Source: a virus. From it: a stretch of DNA of 64,000 nt. Below, in pieces: positions 56,635 through 64,000 of the stretch. Each line of letters starts with the position of its first letter. The stretch's first letter is position 1. The translations under genes were made by a program, and so were the position numbers. Under the pieces are notes generated by a model. The model was given only the letters and a program-made list of their open reading frames with translations. It did not search any database and was not told the origin of the DNA. Location: IMG/VR virus record IMGVR_UViG_3300041955_000247, positions 1 to 64,000 of that record. One strand, written 5' to 3'.

Positions 56635-56826
56635 TTATCCGTTCCTGAGTTGTTCAGCATAGAAGTTCAGGGCGTCAACAATTAGATTACGTTCTGCCTC
56701 AGAAAGTCGCGGATGAATTTTGGGTGTGTTGGGGTATGTGTATCTAGTGCCTGCTTTCAGCGACTTCAATTTGGCAGCAAGGGCATCCATTTCTTTAGCT
56801 ATTTCATCCCATGATTTTTCTTCCAT
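56635..56826 (-). CDS. Hypothetical protein
   Basis: AGGAG RBS before ATG 56826. Confidence 0.55.
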   Translation of the reverse strand: MEEKSWDEIAKEMDALAAKLKSLKAGTRYTYPNTPKIHPRLSEAERNLIVDALNFYAEQLRNG

Positions 56827-56845
56827 AGTCCACTCCTTAGATATG

Positions 56846-56873
56846 AAAAGGGGCCGGAATTGCTTCCGACCCC
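56846..56873 (-). terminator. Rho-independent terminator
   Basis: Minus strand GGGGTCGGAA-GCAA-TTCCGGCCCC-TTTT. Confidence 0.7.
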
Positions 56874-56978
56874 CTACGCAACGCAACGCTTACAAATTTC
56901 CCGCATGGCCCGACCTGCGGCCTTTTGTCCTTAGGTGGTCAGCCAGTTGACAAGGGGCGCGGGCTCCCAGCCTGAAGC

Positions 56979-57434
56979 TTAGTCCTTGCCGTGGAGCTTG
57001 TAGCGGGTCACCATGCGGCCGGTGCTGGACTTGACTTCGGTCTTGTCCACCTTGTGGCCGTTGCCCTCAAGCTCCGTGAGCAGGTTGAACTGGACGGAGC
57101 CAAGCACTTCCTTGACCTCACCCAGTGTTGCGCCCTTGCCCTTGGCATACATGGCGGCGGCCTTGGACTTGATGCTGTCCTTGCGGAAGCCAAAGGCGTC
57201 CAGCTTGGCCGGGTCACGCTGCCGTTCAGCCTTTTTGGCTTTGCCTTTTGCGGCCTTTGGCGTGGCGCTGGGTAGGGCCTTTTTGCCCTGGGCCTTCACA
57301 GCGGGTTTAGCTTTGCCGTTACCAGCGGCCTTTACAGGGGCTTTACGGGGCTTGGCAGCCTTGGGGGTTTTTGCGGGGGTCACCGGGGCCTCAGTGTCCT
57401 GGGCCTCAGTGGCTTCATCATCGTGCTTGGTCAT
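56979..57434 (-). CDS. K/A-rich putative DNA-binding protein (frame stays open upstream to 57620)
   Basis: Histone-like K/A/P region plus C-terminal winged-helix-like segment; GAGG RBS before ATG 57434. Confidence 0.6.
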   Translation of the reverse strand: MTKHDDEATEAQDTEAPVTPAKTPKAAKPRKAPVKAAGNGKAKPAVKAQGKKALPSATPKAAKGKAKKAERQRDPAKLDAFGFRKDSIKSKAAAMYAKGKGATLGEVKEVLGSVQFNLLTELEGNGHKVDKTEVKSSTGRMVTRYKLHGKD

Positions 57435-57591
57435 TGGTGGTACCTCTTTCTCGCTGGTTACAGTTACAGTCTCACGCCGCAAGAAAGCTGGTATGCTGCC
57501 GTCCTCGGGTAGGGACGTATCAAGCGGCTTCTGATTTGGATCCTGTATGTGGCACACTCTAAGGTTGGCCGCAGTCAGCACCACTCGCTTG

Positions 57592-57620
57592 GATATAGGA
57601 GGGGCCAAAACGGCTGTCAA
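57592..57620 (-). promoter_or_regulatory. Sigma70-type promoter
   Basis: TTGACA-17nt-TATATC on minus strand. Confidence 0.5.
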
Positions 57621-57638
57621 GAGATTATTTTCGTGAGT

Positions 57639-58028
57639 TTAGGATGAGGCACCAAGCTTCAGAACGGTACCAACCAAACAATAGGACGCGGTACCCACGC
57701 GCCTGATCTTTTCAGCAGCAAGCAGCCGATGAAGGATGGGGCTTACGCTATTGCCGCTGAAGCGGTGTTTCTCAAAGGCAGCTTCAATTTCCTTGACATG
57801 AAACACCCGTGGCTCCTTGCCTAAGGTTTGGAGCAACAGGTCTTCACCGCTGATGCCTTTGTTGCGCTTGTTGTCCACATAATGGAAGTCACGTGCGGTG
57901 GGCTTCTCAGCTTTGGCTTCCTCAGTAGGGGTCACGCTGACCAGCTTGGCACTTCCAGCTATTGCACCCAGGATGGTGGGGAGTTCCTTTTCCCCAACAT
58001 GCAGGGTAACGAGATACACGGTAGTCAT
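57639..58028 (-). CDS. Hypothetical protein, possible winged helix
   Basis: GAGGAG RBS before ATG 58028. Confidence 0.55.
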   Translation of the reverse strand: MTTVYLVTLHVGEKELPTILGAIAGSAKLVSVTPTEEAKAEKPTARDFHYVDNKRNKGISGEDLLLQTLGKEPRVFHVKEIEAAFEKHRFSGNSVSPILHRLLAAEKIRRVGTASYCLVGTVLKLGASS

Positions 58029-58038
58029 GATTTGCTCC

Positions 58039-59286
58039 TCAGTAGTTGGGTGAATCGACGTGAACAATAGAACCGAAGCCGGGCTTGAATGTGAGGAGCC
58101 TAGCTTCAGTCGTATAAGCCCCCCACAGCACCGGGCATGGGGGTTCCTTACCAAACGAACACGTTTCCATGTCGGTCAGGTACACAACGCAGGCAGCGTC
58201 AGGCACGTTCTTAGCCAGCCATTCAAAGCTGTTGTCGAAGTCAGTGCCGCCGCCGTCAGGACACTTGGCGGTGACTACATCGCCCGGTATGTATTCGTCA
58301 ACCACCCGAACCTCAGTGTCGGCATACACCACCCACAGGTGATCGCATGTGCCGGTGTCCAACGCGCCTGCTACTTCGCTGACAAACGCCTTGATCATCT
58401 CAGGTGAAACCGAACCTGAGCAGTCAACGAACATGACCATTTCATGCAGCGCATCCGCCACATTGCCCGGCAGGATCAACCCGCTGTGAATGTAGCGCCG
58501 GTTAGGTCGCCTGAAGCTGTAATCGGTGGTCATGCTTTGGTCAATGAACTGGGCCGTCAAGTCACGCCATGACACTTTGGGGCGCTGCAACTGTGTTACA
58601 AGCCGCTCAAGGTAGCCGGGGGTTTGCCCCGCATTGTTGGCCCGTGCCACGCTCACAGCCATGCGCACGTTTGCTTGCCATTCATGCGCAACTTGCTCAG
58701 GGCTTAACTTGGCCCCGCCTTGGCCGTTGCCTTTACCGTCATTGTCAGGGTCACCGGGGCCACTACCTGCATCCAGCACGGCACCACAGCCGCCGATGTC
58801 CACGACAATATAGCCGCCACCACCGGGCTGCTTGGGCGGGTCGGGGATCTTTTCATAGATCTCCTCGGTACTCATGTCCTTGAACTGCGGATCATACAGG
58901 TGGAACTTCTCACCCTTCGAGTTCATGCACTCAGCCAGTGTCGCCGGTTTGTAGGGCAACTGGAAGGGCACCTTTTTGAGATCATCATTGATCCTGAAAT
59001 CACCCGCCATGTTGAATTTGGTATGGTCGCGGTGACCCCGCCGTGAGAAGTGCGAGTACACGCAGTGCATGACTTCGTGAGCCATCACGCCCACAAGTTC
59101 CTCCTCACCACACTCAAGGACAAACTTGGGGTTAAAATATAGATTAACCCCATCCACGCCGCACGTCGGCACCCGCTCAGTCTCAACCAAGTTGAGTTGC
59201 AGGCACAGGTGCCCAAAGAAAGGTTCTCTGACAATCATCTGCGTTCGTGCACGCAGGATGGCCTGCTTGGCTTTGCTGTTAGGCAT
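58039..59286 (-). CDS. Metallopeptidase-like + VWA domain protein (DUF2201 type)
   Basis: HEVMH; DCSGS MIDAS; GGGTDF; YLTD. Confidence 0.85.
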   Translation of the reverse strand: MPNSKAKQAILRARTQMIVREPFFGHLCLQLNLVETERVPTCGVDGVNLYFNPKFVLECGEEELVGVMAHEVMHCVYSHFSRRGHRDHTKFNMAGDFRINDDLKKVPFQLPYKPATLAECMNSKGEKFHLYDPQFKDMSTEEIYEKIPDPPKQPGGGGYIVVDIGGCGAVLDAGSGPGDPDNDGKGNGQGGAKLSPEQVAHEWQANVRMAVSVARANNAGQTPGYLERLVTQLQRPKVSWRDLTAQFIDQSMTTDYSFRRPNRRYIHSGLILPGNVADALHEMVMFVDCSGSVSPEMIKAFVSEVAGALDTGTCDHLWVVYADTEVRVVDEYIPGDVVTAKCPDGGGTDFDNSFEWLAKNVPDAACVVYLTDMETCSFGKEPPCPVLWGAYTTEARLLTFKPGFGSIVHVDSPNY

Positions 59287-59467
59287 TGGTCAGTTCCTCC
59301 TTAAGCCAATCCAAGAGCAACTCAGCGCTTGGGAACACAAAGCGGTTTATGGTCCGGTCATTGCCTTGGACAACCGTGGACACTTTGACAAGCCAACCAT
59401 TGTAGACTTCGTCAATGGTGAAGCGGTTCCAGTTGTCGTCAGTACGGGTTGGTTCGCGTGTTGCCAT
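59279..59467 (-). CDS. Hypothetical protein
   Basis: AGGAG RBS; NGWLV. Confidence 0.55.
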   Translation of the reverse strand: MATREPTRTDDNWNRFTIDEVYNGWLVKVSTVVQGNDRTINRFVFPSAELLLDWLKEELTNA

Positions 59468-59479
59468 GATCTATCTCCT

Positions 59480-59824
59480 TCAGCGAGGTTCGAATGTTAT
59501 CCTTTGGTCCTCGCTGTCCTTGGCATACTCAGCGTAGACCTTGGGGTTGCCTTCCTTCAGCGCCTTTTGATCCAGCCGCGTGGTGGGCACAATGGTCAGC
59601 TTTGCTTTCCATTGCTCCCCGTTCACGTAGCCTTCCTTGCCCTTGCACTTGGCCTTGATCTCATCCTTGACCATTTCATCAATGGTCTTGATATGCTTGC
59701 CCAACGTCCGGATGCGGGCACATACGTCGATGCGCTCCTCACGCTTCATGTCGGGAAGCCGCTTGACAAGGTCCTCCATGATCAGGGCCATGTCCTCAAG
59801 ATCGGCTTTGGTCAGCTTTTGCAT
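59480..59824 (-). CDS. Hypothetical protein
   Basis: GGAG RBS before ATG 59824; RLDQKALKE..P.VYAEY. Confidence 0.6.
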   Translation of the reverse strand: MQKLTKADLEDMALIMEDLVKRLPDMKREERIDVCARIRTLGKHIKTIDEMVKDEIKAKCKGKEGYVNGEQWKAKLTIVPTTRLDQKALKEGNPKVYAEYAKDSEDQRITFEPR

Positions 59825-59994
59825 TAGATTAACTCCATATTGCCTTGTGTTATTCTCAATACCCAATAGCCATCGGGCCTTTGGACCCATTGACCAAAGG
59901 ATATACTCCGGCCTTCGTCATTTTCAACCTCGACAAAGCGCCCAGCTTCTGGCCCTGGTGGGCCGTCAAAAACGATGTCAACATACTTGTTCAT
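59824..59994 (-). CDS. Hypothetical protein (56 aa)
   Basis: FDGPPGPEAGRFVEVE; GAGG RBS. Confidence 0.6.
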   Translation of the reverse strand: MNKYVDIVFDGPPGPEAGRFVEVENDEGRSISFGQWVQRPDGYWVLRITQGNMELI

Positions 59995-60001
59995 GATACC
60001 C

Positions 60002-61006
60002 TCACAGGTGCAGGTCGTTGTTCTTGTTGGCCCACTCAAGCCACGCCTTGGTGTCGCACAGCGTGCTGTCTCGCTTGGTGGCGTCCAGTGCGGTGACGGT
60101 TTCAAAGTCACGGCCGAACTCACTGCGCTGCACGTATGAGACAATACCCGCAAAGTTCTGCCGCGTGGCGAACCTAGCCAGCATGGAACTCAGCGCATAC
60201 TTGCTTGAGGGTTCCTTGGGAATGGGGGCCTTCTTGGGGTTGGCCAGGATCTCATCCAGTGACGGCAGGTTGAGGCCCTTCATGTAGACCTCGAACTCAC
60301 CGGCCGCACCCTCACCCACAAGCCCGGCGACCAGCCGGAACCGCAGTGAGGCATCCGCATGCACGCATTTGGCAACACGCGCCCAGGCGCGCGGGGTAGG
60401 GAACGCCCGCAAGTCAGCGCCTTCCATGCTGTACAGCAGGGCAGGGCGGAACCTGATGAAGCCGGGGATCAGCGGGTCAATGTCGTTGGCATTGCACCAC
60501 TCAATGAAGGCTTCAGGGTCGCTACGCACATCCACGTGCGCGAACCTATTGGCAAGCGCAGTGGACATGGTGACCGCAGCGGCGCGGTCCTCACGCCGGT
60601 TGCCTGCCGCGCAACGGTAGCAGTTCTCACCCAGTTCGTGCGGCCCTGCCCTGCCGTTGAGGATCAACTGGTAAGCTGCCGACTGCATCACCCGGCTGAT
60701 GTCGGCAATTTCATCAAACAAGATGATGCAGGGTTCCTTGCTGCCAACCTTGGGCATCCACGCCGGGCGGTTCCATTGGGTCACGCCATTGTTGATGGAT
60801 TGCAAACCGAGAAGGTCCACGGGGTCCATGGTCGCAAGCCTGAGATCAATCAAGGCGCGTTTTGACTGCTTTGCAATCTGCTCCCAACACTCACTCTTTC
60901 CGACCCCTGGAGGGCCACTAAGCAGTACAGGGATGTTCTGCTGCATATAGAATATGCACAGTTCCCGTGCACTTTTGATCGTTTCAGTAAGCTTGTTCTC
61001 AGCCAT
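60002..61006 (-). CDS. MoxR-like AAA+ ATPase
   Basis: GPPGVGKS, FDEI, AAGN, ALANRF, TPRAW. Confidence 0.9.
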   Translation of the reverse strand: MAENKLTETIKSARELCIFYMQQNIPVLLSGPPGVGKSECWEQIAKQSKRALIDLRLATMDPVDLLGLQSINNGVTQWNRPAWMPKVGSKEPCIILFDEIADISRVMQSAAYQLILNGRAGPHELGENCYRCAAGNRREDRAAAVTMSTALANRFAHVDVRSDPEAFIEWCNANDIDPLIPGFIRFRPALLYSMEGADLRAFPTPRAWARVAKCVHADASLRFRLVAGLVGEGAAGEFEVYMKGLNLPSLDEILANPKKAPIPKEPSSKYALSSMLARFATRQNFAGIVSYVQRSEFGRDFETVTALDATKRDSTLCDTKAWLEWANKNNDLHL

Positions 61007-61041
61007 GATAGGCTCTCCTTTGGTTTGAGTAGATTAGCACA

Positions 61042-61908
61042 CTAAGCGAGATACGCGCCAACTTTTCTTGCGAGCTTTTCAGCCTTGGTTGCGACTTGCT
61101 TTCTGACCTTGGCATCGCTGCGCAAGATCTCAGGGCTGTGTTGCACAAGATCAGCCTTCAATTGCTTGGCCAGATCATCCAACCGCTTGTCGTCAGCTAT
61201 ATTCAACGACGGCAAGAGGTCAGCAAGCTGGGCGACGTTATACACAAGGCTGTCTCTGAATGTGCCTTCCTGACCTTCAGCACCCTCATAAGCATTGAGC
61301 CGCTCGGCCATCTTTCCGGTAACAGCCACCACCCGCTCAAATACGTCCTTGACGGCGTTCTCAATGCGCTCCTGAGTTCGCCGTTCAATATCTTTCGTGA
61401 TGGCTTTCAGGGTGTTGTCCGCAAGCTTGGTGCGGAAGTCACCTGCGTCCGGTATTGGTTTGATTTCTACGTCGACCACGTAGCGCTTCGCGACTTCACC
61501 GGCATCCGGGTAGTCAGCCTTGTTGAACATGGTGCCAAGCCGTGTCTTGGCCTCCTTGATATGTTCGTCAAAGCTGGCTGCGAACTCCTTGGCGGCTGCT
61601 TCCACGGCCAGCCGGTGAAGGCGCATCTGCTGCGTGTAGTGCATGTAGCCCTGTGCGCTGAGAATACGCGCGCTGTCGTCCCACGGTAAGGTCAGCAACT
61701 TGTGGGTTTGCCGCGTCACGGCAATCTTGCCCAGCACCTTGCGCAAGGCTTTTTTCGACACAAGCTGCTTGCTATACCTGCCTGAGTCCTTCAGGTCAGC
61801 GTTGTGGCTTTCAGCCGTTTCCTCAGTCACCTGACGGTCCACCGCTTGGCCCGACCACGCGCTGAGATGAAGGCTGCTCAACATTGCCCTATCTTGTAGC
61901 TTAACCAT
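61042..61908 (-). CDS. DUF3150-like protein
   Basis: WSG, TLPW, YP, LPSLN pattern; beside AAA/VWA pair. Confidence 0.6.
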   Translation of the reverse strand: MVKLQDRAMLSSLHLSAWSGQAVDRQVTEETAESHNADLKDSGRYSKQLVSKKALRKVLGKIAVTRQTHKLLTLPWDDSARILSAQGYMHYTQQMRLHRLAVEAAAKEFAASFDEHIKEAKTRLGTMFNKADYPDAGEVAKRYVVDVEIKPIPDAGDFRTKLADNTLKAITKDIERRTQERIENAVKDVFERVVAVTGKMAERLNAYEGAEGQEGTFRDSLVYNVAQLADLLPSLNIADDKRLDDLAKQLKADLVQHSPEILRSDAKVRKQVATKAEKLARKVGAYLA

Positions 61909-61924
61909 GATAGTCTCTCCTTTG

Positions 61925-62161
61925 TTAACGAATCACGCTCCACCGCCTGAAGTCCGGAGCGTGCTGTTTTGCATCTTCAGGCGAAATTCTGAGGCCAATG
62001 CGCTTGTGTCTGTCGAACACTTCCAGTACCACCGACCCATCCTCATTGAACATGACGGCCAAGCCTTCACCTTGTAGCAACGTCTTTTCCTTGCTGCTGC
62101 CATATGTGCATGAGAAAGCGGTGCTTGGCGTTGCCTCAATTAGCTTCACACGTTCACGCAT
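61925..62161 (-). CDS. Hypothetical protein
   Basis: 78 aa in early operon. Confidence 0.5.
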   Translation of the reverse strand: MRERVKLIEATPSTAFSCTYGSSKEKTLLQGEGLAVMFNEDGSVVLEVFDRHKRIGLRISPEDAKQHAPDFRRWSVIR

Positions 62162-62272
62162 TGTTTAGCCTTTGCTGCCCCTAGGGCGGTCATTGAATGG
62201 GGTTATGCCGCAGGGTGCCATGTAACGGCACCCACAAAAACGTCAATGGGCGGTCAATTATGAGGGTTTGGC

Positions 62273-62722
62273 CTATATGCAGTTGTCTATCAGCCACATG
62301 ACCACGGCAGCTTGGTGCTTCTTAGCCACATGAACGCGGTACAATGCGCTGTCCGTACCGGCACCCTCAATCCAACTGAGACGCACCATTGGTTGTCCAA
62401 CCAAGTGCCTAAATACTCGACTGCCTAAAGCAGTGCCAAAGACGCGCACGACCTTCTTGACCCGAAGCATCAAGCTTTCAAACTCATCGTTTTCAAGGGA
62501 AAACTCAAGCTTTGAGATAATGGCTGCAACTGGCCGCGCAACTTTTCCCCTGAAAAGGCAGCTACGGACCCTTTCAACCGGGACGAACGGCAACAGGCCG
62601 GGATGCAGATGAGCATACCTTTGCTCACCGCTATGGGTCCTGACCTGATGGCAGATGATCTGCATTTCCTGGTGCGTGAGCCGGTCCAGAAATTGGGTCA
62701 TCTTGGGTTCGTTGTTCTTCAT
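62273..62722 (-). CDS. Hypothetical protein
   Basis: 149 aa. Confidence 0.55.
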   Translation of the reverse strand: MKNNEPKMTQFLDRLTHQEMQIICHQVRTHSGEQRYAHLHPGLLPFVPVERVRSCLFRGKVARPVAAIISKLEFSLENDEFESLMLRVKKVVRVFGTALGSRVFRHLVGQPMVRLSWIEGAGTDSALYRVHVAKKHQAAVVMWLIDNCI

Positions 62723-62725
62723 GAC

Positions 62726-62965
62726 TTACCCCGCATTGAAGCTGGCGCAGATGACGCCTGCTTTCGTGCCTTTCTTTGCAGTTCCAATCAACTCAACCTT
62801 GACCTTATCAGGGCCGGAACACCACGCGCCGTATTGCTTTCCGAACTTTTCATACTCAGAAGGCATCGTGTTCCTGGCCGCGTCTTCAGTTTCAGCGGCA
62901 ACCACAGCGCTGTCGTAGGTGTCATAGCCGTTGTTTTCGTCTTGAGATATAAACCACAGCTTCAT
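62726..62965 (-). CDS. Phage hypothetical protein
   Basis: MKLW.ISQ..N.GYDTYDSAVVAAE...SFNAG; AGGAG RBS. Confidence 0.65.
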   Translation of the reverse strand: MKLWFISQDENNGYDTYDSAVVAAETEDAARNTMPSEYEKFGKQYGAWCSGPDKVKVELIGTAKKGTKAGVICASFNAG

Positions 62966-63028
62966 CACACAGCTCCTTTGCAAGTGTTCCCTGAAGCCCA
63001 CCAGATGAGTGGTGGGCTCTAGTAACAC

Positions 63029-63538
63029 TCAGGCAGCTTCCTTCTTCAGCGCGTCGGCGTAGAAGTCGTCAAACGTGCCGTTGAAGATCAGGTTCTCACC
63101 GACTGGCCCGGTGTACTTGTTGTCCACCCACCAATTGCCGGTGAACGCCTTGACGTGCAGCTTGGTCTTGGCCTGCCACACTTCGTAACGGTACTCAATG
63201 TCGCTGCAATTCTTGCACGCGACAAGTGTAGGATCACCCTGCGGCATCATGCGGACACCGCCGCCGTTCCCGCCATGCTTCTTGTACTGACCATTGACGC
63301 CGTAGTCGGCCCACCACTCGAGCAGTTGTTCCTTGGTCTCAATCCAACTGCCCATTTTGCCAGCGGCGATGAACGCCGTGGCAAAGGCATCAGACTCATA
63401 GCGGGGCAACGGCCACGCGAACAGGTCCATGGCCATCTTGATGGTTCTTGCAGCACCAGACACATAACCGTCATGGTGTTTGTAGACGTTCCAGTCACCT
63501 TCGTTGCCTTTGAAAGTGTAGAGTGCACGTGTCGACAT
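63029..63538 (-). CDS. Phage hypothetical protein
   Basis: MSTRA...YKHHDGY...DIEYRY; AGGAG RBS. Confidence 0.7.
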   Translation of the reverse strand: MSTRALYTFKGNEGDWNVYKHHDGYVSGAARTIKMAMDLFAWPLPRYESDAFATAFIAAGKMGSWIETKEQLLEWWADYGVNGQYKKHGGNGGGVRMMPQGDPTLVACKNCSDIEYRYEVWQAKTKLHVKAFTGNWWVDNKYTGPVGENLIFNGTFDDFYADALKKEAA

Positions 63539-63599
63539 GATCGTAGCTCCTTTGTTGCTAGGGTTTCACCAAGATGCACGGTGTAGTTTCCTAGGTTTG

Positions 63600-63824
63600 T
63601 TAGTTGGCAAGTTCGAGTTTGATAATTTCGTTAGCTTCCTCAGCTAACACACCCATTGAAGTAAGCAAATCGTACATGTAGTTTTGAGCATGGTTGTTTT
63701 TCAACCCTCTACGAAATTGTTCGAGTGCCTTTACTACTTGTTTGTGCTGCTCTTCTGTTAAGCGGTCTTCCCAATATTCAAGCATCTTCGTCATGGTGTG
63801 TTCCTTTTTGTAGTATGCGTTCAT
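63600..63824 (-). CDS. Hypothetical protein
   Basis: AGGAG RBS before ATG 63824. Confidence 0.5.
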   Translation of the reverse strand: MNAYYKKEHTMTKMLEYWEDRLTEEQHKQVVKALEQFRRGLKNNHAQNYMYDLLTSMGVLAEEANEIIKLELAN

Positions 63825-64000
63825 GATAGTTCTCCTTGTTGAAAATTGACTAACAGGTGGGGCGCAGAACAAGCGCCGCCACCCAAATTCTTGGTATGTT
63901 CCAACTTCAAGCCTTGTTTGCCTGCCAATCAAAGCAATGCGGCGCGGCATTGGTCAAGGTGTATTCGTTGGTGAGTGTTCTTGTTCACCTTCAGCTATGG

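Noticed and set aside
1783-63586. Many overlapping antisense or alternate-frame ORFs in the supplied track
   Set aside because: They shadow motif-supported genes in GC-rich DNA and lack RBSs or recognisable motifs.
58026-63840. Repeated AGGAG-N-ATCATG leaders in early genes as a second cassette array
   Set aside because: Similarity is limited to the SD and start context; no upstream shared core or recombinase.

Overview
The window is part of a tailed dsDNA phage genome. It looks podovirus-like: P22 gp10-type tail protein, several ejection proteins, no tape measure gene. The host is probably alphaproteobacterial (GcrA and a CtrA-like DNA-binding domain). The + strand 1-24.4 kb holds the end of the major capsid gene, head/tail, internal virion, tail fibre and lysis genes. 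The - strand 24.5-64 kb holds recombination, replication and early genes (SbcCD, Hjc, RecA, SSB, DnaX, UDG-PolA, DnaN, methylase, primase, GcrA, SNF2, DnaB, AAA/VWA). The main finding is a ~6 kb island (40.87-46.86 kb) between a sigma-like gene and the primase. It is centred on a small serine recombinase and a palindromic divergent promoter. Two outward-pointing arrays of small unrelated genes flank it, separated by 20 copies of a conserved ATAGG-core junction (15 left, 5 right), with identities of up to 28 bp between junctions. This looks like an integron-like cassette array run by a serine recombinase. A 638-bp IR-flanked element with an 8-bp duplication sits inside one junction. Other notable items: probable AUU and AUC start codons on a tail fibre and the DNA polymerase, cell-cycle regulator homologues, and a putative injected ADP-ribosyltransferase. 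All family calls come from motif recognition by eye; no database searches were run.
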